Below are positions 49,545 to 62,430 of a DNA stretch of 64,000 nucleotides, piece by piece. Within the stretch, counting starts at the first letter, position 1, and every line of letters starts with the position of its first letter. The DNA comes from Botryllus schlosseri (lineage: Eukaryota). The stretch spans positions 40,054,001 through 40,118,000 of the forward strand of contig CM119372.1 of assembly GCA_051294905.1 (NCBI GenBank), read 5' to 3'. Under the pieces are notes generated by a model that did no database searches, was not told the DNA's origin, and was given only the letters and a program-made list of their open reading frames with translations. The translations under genes were made by a program, and so were the position numbers.

Positions 49545-52500
49545 AAATATACTTCAAAACGGGCGATGCCTGAAAACTCAATTGGATGATCTTTTCGAAA
49601 ACATTTTTCGAACTTTACTGAATTTTCATAATGCGCAACTATGACTGAAACTAGAAATTCATACTTTTCAATACTGACCACTGGAGCTATTACATTTTTA
49701 CCGAAAAGAGTGTGTATTCACACCCAAAGGGCCGAAAAGGATGGTACACGAAAAAAGAACCTACCTCAGAATAACATCGCGGTCTGAAATCCTACGTGCT
49801 TAGGTGCAAGCACAATTTGGATTAAAATGTTGTTTTTAATTTATACCGTGGTATAAGTCTGAGTTGTTTCTGGTTTCAAGTGTCACGGGTTTATATTGAC
49901 ACCCGTACATCTGGAGTGGTACACGGGTCGAAGCACACATTCTTTTCGGCAGGAGCGTAGAACTAACGGCCTACCATAATCCGCAACTATAAATAACCAA
50001 AACACGACTATAATTAATAAACGATGACACGGTTTAGTAAATTGTTAATTACCTAAGAAATGGGGGAGACAGAATCGTCATTTCAAAGGGACGGAATTTC
50101 GAGTTTGAAATGGGACGGTTTCGAACCCCTGGCTACGCCACTGTTCGCGGTGATGACTCTGACCTAGCAATGGTTCCAAGATCAGGGACAGGACCGTCGA
50201 ACTTGGTGATAGAAGTACAAATAGGAATGAGAATTTTGGTGCACAGCCAACTCTTTCGCAATGATGGTTCGCATCTTCTCTCATTTTTTCTGTTCAAGAT
50301 TTATAGATCTCTGCATGACAGCTATAGGGCGATTTTATGTTTTATGTCAGGGGTTCTTAAAGTATGGGTCGCGAAGGGTATAAATTTGGGTCGCGACGGC
50401 ACGAGCGCGATCGTGAAATTCTTGCAACTAAAAAATTTATTCGCAATTCGCGCGACTTCCTTATCCATATCCGAAGTCACTATGTTGGTACTATAACCAA
50501 TAATCGAGACACGCAGAAAAGTCGTTACTACAGTATGAGTATGGCTTGATCATGGGAATGTGCGACCTTTGAATGAGGCTACACAATTTAGCTTTAATTC
50601 TTGATGAGATTCGTCCGACATTGGTTTCTCTGGAAAACACCGTCGAAAACCGTTGGTATGCTTCAGTATAGCGGTGTGCAAGCGAGTTCGGAAGTATCAT
50701 ATGCTGGTCCTTAGAGGCCATAGCCATCCGTGCCGGGACACATGACTACATGGCGTTTAGGCCAATATACGGTTGGGCAAAGTGCGACGTCAAAAATATC
50801 TACGACGAGGAACCCTTGGCCGAAATTGTCCGTCGCTGGTTGGCCAAAACATATTGATACGTCCGGTCGTCGAAATGGTCGGCACCGAATGGTATTCCTT
50901 ATGTCCTCGCAATCTGAGTAGACAATTAGGCCTATAGTACAAATGCAGTACAACTTTGACTCCTAGAGAAGTGTAAAGCACCCCAATTTGAAATCGCGTG
51001 CGTCAGACATGTTGCATAGAGCTACGTTGTGTACAAATGCTGTTTGTACGTTCTCTATGTTATAAATGACCGTAAAAACGTAGCATATACGAATATTAAA
51101 CCTGTATTCTTTTTGATGTGTGAGGCTTGGGTTGCGAGAGCCTTTAAAACTCAGATTTAGGTCGCGACCTACACCGTGATCTCAAACTACTCACTTCGGA
51201 TCATTAGAGTTAATACTCGATTCAGATTTGAGTATTCGAATCATTGGGCCCAGCTCTAATAGTTGCTTGTGTGACATGCCGCCTGGGCAAATTTTTTTTT
51301 ACGAAGGTTAGCCGACCAACATATATTGGGCTATCCCAATAAGACTCATGAGTGCTACAGGCTTTTATGAGGCAACTGGGGGAGTGGTAACACTGTGCCA
51401 CTATTTTACAGCAGTCTCGAGTCATATCATACAATTTGTTAACTGGTATCAGGAGATAACATAAAATAGACAAGTGATCAAAATTCCAGATCAAACCCTT
51501 GATTCTGTCGATCGAGTTTTCTGAGACTTGAGACATGCAAGGGTCAGTATGTGCGACTGTCGTCATGGAAGATTCAAACGCCGTCTCTGCTATTCGGTCC
51601 TAACCTCCAAATGAAGTGTCCGACTAAAGATAACTGTGGATAGATGCGGAACACGTGACTGCGAGGCTGGTCATCCAAACTAAGCGAACAGAGTGTGTAT
51701 TGACACCCTAAAGGTTGCACACTAAGCCTAGATTTGATCTGATAATATCTAATATATGCGAGCTCAACTTTCGGATTAATAGTAAATTGCAGGTGTATTC
51801 AATACATTATTTCTATACTCATTATTTCTTTTCATGGTTTGGTCCATCTCATAGTGGGTCACACAATTTAACTTGCATTAATGTGAGTCGCGAACAGAAA
51901 AAGGCTGCGAAGCACAGTGCTATGCCATCAATATCATTTTCTAGTTAGATCTGGTCGCCAAACCTTGGCCGTCCATTAGTTGTCTATGGCCGGCCACGAA
52001 TCGTTGAATGTAACTTGAAACGCTAGTGCGCTCATACCTAAGTGTTTGGAGTTTAGTAGCAGTACCACAGCTTCCTCAATATAGCAGCGGGCGCGTAATT
52101 ATGATCATGGAAGTAGAACATGATAACTATTCCCCATCTTACTACACAAGGCACTTGTAAACTGATGTTCGCTCATTATAAGTTACTCGGGTAATCCAAT
52201 ACACCTCTATTTACTGGACACCGTAATCTCGGATATCGAGTTGCCAGTAATTACTGAAACTTACTGCACGTGCATGCAGGACGATCGTTACGTAACCGCG
52301 CCTTTGGCGAGGCTCGCAAGGAGTACGGACGTTAATCACCGCCGGCTGTGGGACACTTGTAATATCGGATGTGTTCTTTATGATCTGGATTATGGAGCGC
52401 CACTCTGTCTATTGTTCATTATCTAGGAATTTATTCCAACTTAGAAACTTTTAAAATGATCAGCCTCGACTTTTTTCTGGAATTCGAGAGTGATTCCAAC

Positions 52501-53665
52501 TTTTCCTTCGCTTCAATTTCATATCTTTTATTCATAGCATAGCTATGATCTTTTGCACTTGTTAGGAATAAATCGTACCGTCGTTATATCTTCTAAAGGC
52601 CTCATTTGAAGGTTAGTAGAAAAAATCTAGTGAATAACTTTAGTTCAGTTGAGTTTATTCATAATTTCTCCATTTTAAAAGGCCACAAGCATGCAATATA
52701 ATGGAAAGATAGGAAGGTGTTGACCGCAGCGTTCATTCCCTCCCAATGACGATATGTTATTGTGAAACGATTCGGTGAAAACGATATTTGAGGACAGTAA
52801 AACTTATTTTATAATGATTATTCTGCAAGATGTCTTTAAAATGTAACGATTCAGGTCAGGACTTGTTGGGTTGGTTTTCTACCTGGGAACAAAACAAGAT
52901 CAGGCTGTGAAATGAAATGTGGGCTATAGAGCAGGAGTGGGCAATTATTTTTCCAAATGAGAAGCAGGAAATACGTTGGCGGGCCGAGTAATTTTTTAGC
53001 TGTATTCTCAAGCGTATTCATTTTATTATTAAATTGAAAGCAGTACATTATACTGTTAGCCAATAAATTCTGCACAGTGGGTGTTATTGATATTAGGGAA
53101 TGGGAAAGTGACGGTTAATTCCCCAAAATAATGCTTATTTGGCTTGATACTTCGAAACAATGTTAAACATGATACATTTTGAACTCTCATTAAACCCCTA
53201 ATCGCGCTTTTCTATCAAAACATTAAAACGTTTTTTCGGATACTGTAATGGTTATTGTTGTGGTCGCTGCCTTCCGAGCAGTGTTCACTGTGTGCAGCTT
53301 GGCGAAAGAGCCTGGAACGAAGCTGGTAGTTCTTCTGAAGTAGGCCTACGCACTCCTTTGGCTGAGTCCCGAGTGCTTCGTGTTTTATCATAAGACCGAC
53401 TTGAGTTATGGTCCCTAAACACTGCGATCTGCTCACTACTAACTACTAAATAAAAGGGGTTACTCCTGACTTCAGTAGACTAATATTCAGTGCGCCAAAC
53501 CATCTTTGAATCTCAGCTTTCTGCTTTCTTTTTTGACAAGCCCAACCATCCTTTACGGGTGATGATGTCACATAGGAATCACGGGCACTGATTGATATGT
53601 TTTACGAATTATGAATTTAAAAAAGTATCCCGTAATAATTTGAAGCACAGACAGACCGTGTAATG

Positions 53666-53982
53666 CAGTGGTTCTCAAACATTTTTAGACACGCCCGCCT
53701 TAATGACAGTGAAATATTTCGCGCCCGCCTTATGGTCATATCACGAAATAAACCGGAATGCTAGCAATCCCAACGGATAGTTTGATGGCGTGGAACCTAA
53801 TGACAGTTGATGAGAGAAATCTTGAATATGAAATTCGGACTATACGCAGAGTAATAACTATGAATTGGAGGTAAATCGCGCGGAGCGCGAAAACAGTTTT
53901 CAGATGACCACGGCTTCGCGCCCCCCATTCAGATTCTTTCACGCCCCCCAAGGGGGGCGCACTCCCAGGTTGAGAACCACTG
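53666..53982. mobile_element. Charlie-like hAT MITE
   Basis: TIR CAGTGGTTCTCAA; exact TSD GTGTAATG; relatives at about 8218-8500 and 47835-48144. Confidence 0.85.
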
Positions 53983-55325
53983 GTGTAATGTGACAATGTC
54001 AACAAAAAAGGTTTGGTGACTTCTTGCGACTTAAATTGTTACGGCAAAAGTTGCTACGTAGACTTTATTTTGAATCCGCATGCGAGGTTCGTAGGCTGCG
54101 TAATCGCGACATATTAATGAACAGGCTCGAAAGTAAACAGATTTTCCGTTCAGTTTATACAGCATATGGTTTTAGTCCACGCAGCAGTAATAAAAAGTAG
54201 GCTTTATGTTTTGAATTTCAAGCAACTTTTTTGGGCCGCACTTTGACCAGGTCTGCTATAGAGGTAAATAAGATACTAATTCGCGTTACAGATTCATTCA
54301 ACGACGGGAGAATATCGACTATTTTGGTCCTATATCTTCCTTTAGAGTATGAAACGGAAGTCTTAGATTCCCTGGTTTTAATATCTGTAGATTTAACCCA
54401 GATATCGAGCGACAAATAGTGGTTCAGAGACGTTCGATTTCCTTCGCAGGTGTCACCTCGACAGAGCCACAGAGGCCCGGAACTCGGACTCGGTCAAACT
54501 TACCAATATAGTTGATTGGCAGTCAACTCAACTATGGTTTTTCAGTAGTTCTAGTTCTGATTCTAGTCATAGATTGCCATTATCGAATAGCTCTAGTTCA
54601 AGTTGCTTTTATTAAAACAAATTATATTGGTCGAACAACTAGAAAACACGCGTTGTCGTTTGGCGTGAATCGCGATACCAGAGTTCTGTTGTGTGATGCT
54701 CTTGCAGCCATTGCTAACTCAGAGTCATCACTACCAGCAATGGCGTAGCCAGCGGGTAGATTATAGGGGTTGAAACACCTTTCATTTCAAACTAGGACTT
54801 ATGACTCACGCACGTTAAACCGAAGCAATTCCTGTAATATACAAGGATTGAATCTATTGTTGTGCGTTTGATTTTGAGTTACTAAGTTGCGAGTTTGAAA
54901 GGTTGTTAGTTCTAATTCTAGTCGCGCATTTTGAAAATTCATTAGTTTGTACAAGCCCGGCGGAAATTCGAATCGTTTCTGTTAAGCGAAATCTTTAAGC
55001 AACTAAATCCGCGTGGTGCCGCACCTGCGCGGTGTCACAAATCTAGATTCATCACAGTTCAGTCCGCGACATAAGCTCGGTTTTAATGCGACGCGTTGCG
55101 ACCGTTGCTTGAATCTTTAGATGTTTCTTCGCGCAACCTTTTTTCGCGATCTATCTCGTTCATCAACGGCCGCGGGTGAGATTTATAAGCATACGGAAAG
55201 TGTCGGATGCACCATTTTGCTAACGCCAGGCGTGAGGTCGATTGACAGTGTCGCTTAGCACTAGAACAGGATTGTGTTACGAATGAAATTGATAGCTGCC
55301 TTCTGAACAAAGTCTATGCCGGAGT

Positions 55326-55491
55326 ATGGCGATGCAAATTCGTTACCCGTCTTCTCCTCATCATCCTGCGTCGCACAGATCTCCTTTGCCGCAAATAACA
55401 GCCGCCGTGCCGCCAAACATGTATCCCAGCGCCGAGCATCCGTACTACACGCAATACCAACACGGGACTTACCAACCCATCGACGTCGCAG
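55326..55491 (+). CDS. Putative first coding exon of an unidentified gene (Pro/His/Tyr-rich N-terminus)
   Basis: GC-richer open frame from GAGTATGG to a strong CAG|GTGAGG donor, in unique CpG-rich sequence; no downstream exon recognised. Confidence 0.6.
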
Positions 55492-57323
55492 GTGAGGAAC
55501 AACATGATTTTTCCACGCTGTTGTTTTAATCTATTTTCATTCATGTCAGGGCAAATATTTTTTTTGTCAATTTTGATTCACTGCGTAGTTTGTGTTGCGA
55601 ATCACCCACCGTATCGTTCCTACACGGTAGAATGTTAGCAAGTGTATAGGACTAGACGCGGGCGTGATTCAGGACTTGGAAATGATTAATGCTCTGAAAC
55701 CGGTGGACATGCGGTGATTATTTAACCTGCGATGCTACAATATGTGGGTAAGCTCAATCGAGACGATTTATCGGCATAGTTGATAGTTTGAGATTAAAAA
55801 TACGATGTTATCGAAGACGATGGTTCGCAGAAACGTAGCGCACCGTACACCAGACATTTGGATTTTGCCCATCTACTGCGGGCGACTGGATTTTGTACAA
55901 TACAGTAGCGTAGACTTGTTTATCTAACGATATCAAGAAAATTTTGTCAAATCCACTGTTTCGTTTATGGTTTACATCAGCGGTTGGAGGCTTGAAAATG
56001 AATTGAAGAATTAAAACATTAAATCTAAAACTAATTTAGAACGGGTTCAGAGACGTGACGTCTTGATCGTAGTCTGCTTGCTAATTAGCTTTAGTCGCAA
56101 TGCTACAAGTTCTGTGTACTGTTTATAAACAGCGTAACACTCGCTTAGGATCAGTACTATGTGAAAGGTAAGAAGTCGTTTTGACAAATTTTGACAAAAT
56201 ACAACACCACAATTTCGCGACGTTTGACATTGTAATAGAATCTAGCGATGAGCAAAGTCGGATTTCTTTCAACAGAAATGCAACATACGAAATCAAGTTG
56301 GTGGTTTTAACAGGACTTTATTAAGCTTCAATAAAACCAATCGTAACGTGCGTGATATTAAAAATACAGCAGGAAATTCTTCATTACATTAAAATTCTAA
56401 TTCATTCTGTGCGTGATCCTGTCATAATCACAATATGATGATGGTACACCCGTTAACAGGGTTTGTAATACTGTCTGGAAATGGAATATAGCCCCACACC
56501 AACCCTCCCAACTGGGCCAGAGCGCCAAACTAACCCGAAACCCACATTTTGGCTGATTTCCATTTTTTAAATTTCACTGTAAAGTTATGTTTGAAATTTG
56601 ACCGGTTCGCAAGCTGGAAAAGGTTGATGACCATTGGTTTATACCGTTATCAGTGAATGGTTACTGTCTCCATGAAATATTTTAACACGCGTATGAGTGT
56701 GAGTGGGCGAATTATTATTATACATTAAACAGTGGGTAGAGTGGAGAACATAAAGTCTGTAGGATTTTTGCGACAGTGACATCGATTATTCGAAACATCA
56801 GGTCACTGACATCATATTTGGCGATACAATTGTTGATATAAAAAGCTCTTCTTAATTCTCTATATTAGTTGCTGACGAGCAACCCTGACAAGCATCAGCC
56901 GAAAATATGCGGGCTCATTCCGAATGAATCTATTATACAATTGACAGAGTGAAGTTAATGCTAGAGGACATTCATAATATAAAACACGAAAATAACACAC
57001 TACCGATGTGCGTACAAACAGTATGAATATAGACATAGATATTTGTCGCACCAGTGAAAATCCGGTACGGACTAGGGTGACGACGAGGGGCCGCAAGGCC
57101 TTAGTGCACAGTCGCCCCTGTAGCTTTTAACGTTCTTCCCGCCGATCTAACATATTCAACTACATGTTGTAATATTTGTGGGTCGGTCAGAGTGAGAGTC
57201 ATTTCATTGGAATTTTTATGAGGTCAATACACCGCAAGATTGAGATATAATGAAAAATAGGAAGGTGACGAAACGACTTGAAGTATATAAGTCTTTAAAT
57301 CCAGCATCCGCCTTGGCCTAGAG

Positions 57324-57831
57324 CAGGGTCGGGCAATTGATTTCTCCAGTTGGCAGCTGGATATGGGAAAACGACGTAGGCTTCTTCGTGGGTCGGATTC
57401 CTGAATCGATACAGTTTTCGCATATTTATCCATCTATACAAGGAATAAACCGTATTTAATGTAAATTATAAGTTTAAAGCACAGAGGTCAAAAACAACAT
57501 TCAATGAAGTTAGTTATTAACCAAACGTACTTCAATAGCAGTCGAAGTCAATGAAACATCTGTGGTCGATGAAAGTTGTCAACTAGTTCCTTGAACTCTG
57601 ACTGCATGTCGGCTGTAGAAACCCTTAGTAAAGACTGCACGTTAAGACCTGTTCTATAGGAACGCAGCTTTGTCTTATTCATGTTCATTGTTCATGGTCG
57701 AAAATGTTTGCTCGCAAATGTATGTAGAACCGCGGGTCACATTATCATGTAACACCGGAAAGTGTCCGCGGGCCGCTCAAAATCCGGTCGCGGGCTGGCT
57801 GCGGCCGCCGGGCCGTAGGTAGCCCGCCCTG
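57324..57831. mobile_element. Charlie-like hAT MITE
   Basis: TIR CAGGGTCGGGC/GCCCGCCCTG; TSD GCCTAGAG/GTCTAGAG. Confidence 0.75.
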
Positions 57832-59579
57832 GTCTAGAGCAAGTCAACAAAAGGCATGTATATTTCATAAAAATAAATAAACGATAGCATAGACATAACG
57901 TAGACTATATTATATCGATACTTATATGCATGGCATCGTAAGTCTGAGTGGGCCGATATAACTGGACAACATCGATTGTTCGCTCGCTATTTCTTCTGGT
58001 TTCGGATCCTATCATTTGCGTAGAAAGTGTGGGTGCCCAGGCCGGAAAATAGGCCGCATAAATATCTTTGTCTCTATTGAATGAAAATGTGCATAACATC
58101 GGAAATGCGGGCGAACGCGTCTACCTTACCGTGTTCCTTCCCTGAACCGCGTTTGCAGGAAGAGGCTGAAAAAATAATAACCGGTCCTGAGCACCCACGG
58201 TAACGTCTGGTTATATATGGCGGAAGCTGCATTCTTGTTGAGTAGTACGCAAATTCGGGTTAGAAATGTCAATCTTCTTTCCAATTCTCTACTAGATGAT
58301 GAAGATTACCCCTGACGAGTTTCAGCCGAAAATACTTGAGTTTATTTCAATATCAATAGACTAATCAATCGTATATTGAGGTTTTCTGCCTCCAACAAGA
58401 GGCTCGTTTTCTTCCATGCTTATCAAGTGAGCTTCATGTCATCAAATATAAAACAGTACATGATTCACGTAATATGGAGCAGCGTACCCCGATATCTTTC
58501 GGAGTAGGTCCGTAGCCTTTTCGATTATGTTTTAGGGGCGGAGACCTAAATAAAGATTATGAAGCATTCCGCCATCATCTGATCCGCGTGCGCTGTATCT
58601 TTCAAAAGCTTAGAACGAAAATGGGCCGTGTTGCAAGTCGACAGATCTGGTCCATAACAAAGAATATCGGCCTGGTGTAAAATAACCAATATACTCGAAG
58701 CACCTTAAATGTCAAATTCAACAATTGATTATAACTTGGAGGGTTAAAAGGTTGACATCATGATCAGACAACTATATCATCCATATGCTTATCACAAATA
58801 ATTTATTGATCCTGCTATCAAAATGGTTGATTTTTAACGCAAAAATCTTCTCACGTAAGTTCCACTGTCCTTGGTCACGAGAAATACAATCAATATTGCG
58901 TCCGTTATTTTAAATTCGGTTTAGCGAGCCCGGCCTTGCATATAGCAGCTATTCTAGTTGATGCGCTGACTGCGAGTTATTAAATGGATGGTGCTAAAGG
59001 CTAAAGCCGCTATATCGACGCACACATATCACAGTGTGCGATACATTGATGGTTGTTGTAAAATAGTTTTCTTGTCATTTTAAACATGATTCCGAATGTT
59101 TTATATAGTTCTGAAATGTAAATAAATATCGGAGCTATCGTTGGGCCGTATAAAACTTTGTGAATGATTTCATATGAAATGATGGTTTGAAATGTAACAT
59201 AATAACCACCATGTTGATTTTTCATATGCAACTCACTGATTGCGAATTTCCGGTAAAACGTATTCGACTACCCGTGCCTGACAAATGATATGGATCTGGC
59301 GTGGTTTGAAGCTCGGTGGGCGATTAAGTCATTTCAGGCGTCTTGTAATGAAGTGAATTAAGGCGCTGAGCATAACTCTTACTCAAAACCGGCGCAAGTT
59401 AAAATAACATTGCGTGTGTTTATTTTACATGTACCACATTATTGCATTATATGAAGAGTGTCGCAGCACACTTGTATAACGACACACTCATTGGTAGTGC
59501 TGTGTTTTATTACAATTTGCATGAGTTGGACAAACATTGTTTCTACGCAAAATGGCGGCCGAGTGGAAATTTGTTGTGT

Positions 59580-59865
59580 ATGTAGCTGCTAGAATCAGAT
59601 TCGTAAAATGGTTCTCAAAATGTGAAACTAGAATTACAACTGCAGCTACTCACTTTTCAAATCTCGCAACTCGATCTGGAATTAGAACTAATCACATTTC
59701 AAAATTAACAACTAGAACTGGAATTAGGACAACTTACATTTCAAAACTAGCATATAGAACTAGAATTAAAACGGCTCATTTACCAGAACTAGCCAATAGA
59801 ACTAGAACTACTCAAAAAGTCTGTAGTTAGTTGACCGTCCACTGCACTAGTATTTGTACAAGTGT
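59580..59865 (+). repeat. Dispersed CTAGAA-rich repeat family
   Basis: Degenerate ~35-40 bp units (AACTAGAACT...TTTCAAAA); also at about 1-360, 21000-21230, 46190-46310 and 54530-54960. Confidence 0.7.
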
Positions 59866-60161
59866 GACTTGGAATATTGCTGGAGGCAAATGTCGAATTG
59901 CACACGCGGAGTAGCGTGATAAATCAAACAGTATTTCTGGACCGGCATTTGCTTGCTAGATCAGCTGAATGTGTCAATTTGAACTAAAAACTAAATGGCC
60001 CGCTGTGTTATGAAAAAATCTTTGCGTCGTAAACTACCCCAATGATATCATCCCAGCCGTGTGGGCTTTGTGATTACAAATGGGTACTGTGGGATTATAG
60101 AGATTACCCCGAATACCTGCTAGTGTTGTGATTGCTAACGATGTCATCAAATCCACTACAC

Positions 60162-62142
60162 CAGTGCTTTTCAACCTGTGTGACGGTTCGCACTGGTGCG
60201 AATGAAAAAAAATGCAGTGCGAATGACGAAGGTGGTGCGAACAGTGCGAATGAAAAATCCGGATGAGTGCGAATGAAAATTGTAAATAATTGTTAATTAT
60301 TCTGACGTGGAATAATTCAAATAAACCTTATTGGAAATTCAAGGCAGTGTAACTGCTGTATAGTTGAGACGCAATTGTAAAAACTTGTTTAACTTGACGC
60401 ACCACTAATCGTAGCTCTCACAAGCCGTAGTGAATTAACATTTTCGCACTTTAATTATTACGTAATCAAAAACCAGGTTTGGAAGCTGGTGTTGTTGCAG
60501 ACATACAGTATACGAGCCCGTCTGAGCCTGCGACAGGCTGAAAAAATGACGTCAAATTGACTTTCTGCTTTCTTTCGCTAAACAATCATCATATTTTCGT
60601 AATCACTCTTCGATTAGCGCGAGGTAGTAAATACCATCATTACATTCTCACATTTGCATGTTACTGTAACACACATTTTTACTTCTTCAAGGGTTATTCC
60701 AAGTATGGACCGCATGAGTATAATTTTGGGTCGATACGGTGCGAGAGCTATCTGATAATATGTATGTAATATTTGTTGAATTTATTGCAAAAAGTCCTGC
60801 GATAGTTTTTACATATATCCAAGGTCACTGTGTTGGGTACTGTAGTCAATAAGACAGACACGCAGAAAATATGGCTTGATCATGAGAATCAGCCGACCTT
60901 TGGTTTGAATTCATAATAAGATTTGTCCGTATGTTTTTTCTGGAAAACATGGACGAAGACCGTTGGGATGAACTAGTGTAGGGGTGTGCAAGGAGCGAGT
61001 TCAGGCCTATGAGAGTCATTCATTTCGAGGCCAACCCCTAGCTGTGTCGGGGCACATGAAGACGTGAAGTTTTTGCCAACCAACCGCTGATAAAATGCGG
61101 TCCCAAAAACATAAGCGGCGACAAAACCTTGGCCAAAAAATGACCGTCATTGGATGGCCAAACCTTTCGATATAGATATACTCCGTTGTCGGCACGGAAT
61201 AGTCCCGTTCTTGCAATCTGAGTAGACAGTAGTACAAATGCGACACGCAGAGGAATTTACTTCACCCTAATTTGAAATCACGTGCGTCAGACATATTTTA
61301 TAGAGCTGTGTTGGGTAGAATTGTGGTGTGCGCGTTCTGTATGTCATAGATGTCCGTAAAATCGTAGCACACTACTGTAATACTAAAAATGAATTCCTTT
61401 TCATGGGTGAGGCTCGGGTCGCAAGATGCCACAAACATTCAGATTTTGGTGGTAGTCTGAAAAGCTGCTTTAAGGTTACTAAACTGTCATGAATTTTCAA
61501 GTTAGATTTAGCTGAAGAGCCGAACATACAGTATCGTGACTTTATTTGCTGTTCTCATATACTCGCGAGACAGAAAATAGGAAACCGATAAAAAATGGAA
61601 CACAAGTTGGAGCAACGTATCATAAGGTAGCGAGCTCTAATGTGCATACTATCCTTGATGTTACTGGACTATATTTTCCAAGATATCAGGCACAAGCCTC
61701 TACATAAGCATGTGTATTTTTCACCCTTTCGACAAACTGGACCCTCCTGGACCTTTGTGTCATCTCTCAAAAACGATTTCTGCCAGCAAGCGTTTTTCAC
61801 TCGTGGAAAATACGCTGTGTTTTGGATAGGAGTGCAGAACAGTTCTTAAGACCTGGCCATCCAAGCACCATGGTAGGCGTTATTATACAAAATCCAAAAA
61901 CTTGTTTGGCCGAGAAGCGTTTTAGTGAAATAGTTGAAATCAAAACGAGGGAAAAGAGTTGCCTTATTAATGAGACACTTCATGGCCTAAAAGCTATACT
62001 AGCCAATTTGTTGCACATCTGAACAGAATATTCTTAAATATCTTCATTTTCTTTTTGTATAACAATTTTCGGTGGCTTGTGCGAATGAAATTTATTTTCT
62101 AAAAAGAGTGCGAATGAAGCTCAAAAAGGTTGAAAAGCACTG
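60162..62142 (+). mobile_element. Non-autonomous Charlie/Buster-like hAT element with transposase remnant
   Basis: TIR CAGTGCTTTTCAACCT; exact TSD CACTACAC; subterminal GTGCGAATGA repeats; CLAEKRFSEIVEIKT near 61900 resembles the hAT dimerisation motif. Confidence 0.85.
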
Positions 62143-62384
62143 CACTACACAATTCGATAAGGTGCTGTAAGTACGGTTGGACAAAATCTAGTATCATACC
62201 GCTCGTGATTCGTTTCAGAGTATCATGGTTCGAGTCCGGTATCACTTGTTATAACTGCATTACAGTATGACGCGGATAGCTAAAATATGTACATTTTATG
62301 CGACCAAAATGAGAATAATGCATGTTATTGTTACGTCATACAGACAAAATAGTACCTTCATTTCTAATTTGATTCTCCCTGTTA

Positions 62385-62430
62385 CTGACGTTCGCTACTG
62401 ATGAGAGTCAGTCGAAAAGCTTGTAGCGAA
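62385..62430 (+). ncRNA. Candidate minimal type I hammerhead ribozyme, G at the cleavage position
   Basis: TTCGCTA-CTGATGA-GAGTCAGTC-GAAA-AGCT-TG-TAGCGAA: perfect 7-bp stem I, intact core, palindromic stem III. Confidence 0.65.

Noticed and set aside
59580..60280. CRISPR-like spaced repeats (CTAGAA and GTGCGAATGA units)
   Set aside because: Degenerate, irregularly spaced transposon-type repeats in eukaryotic DNA, with no cas genes.
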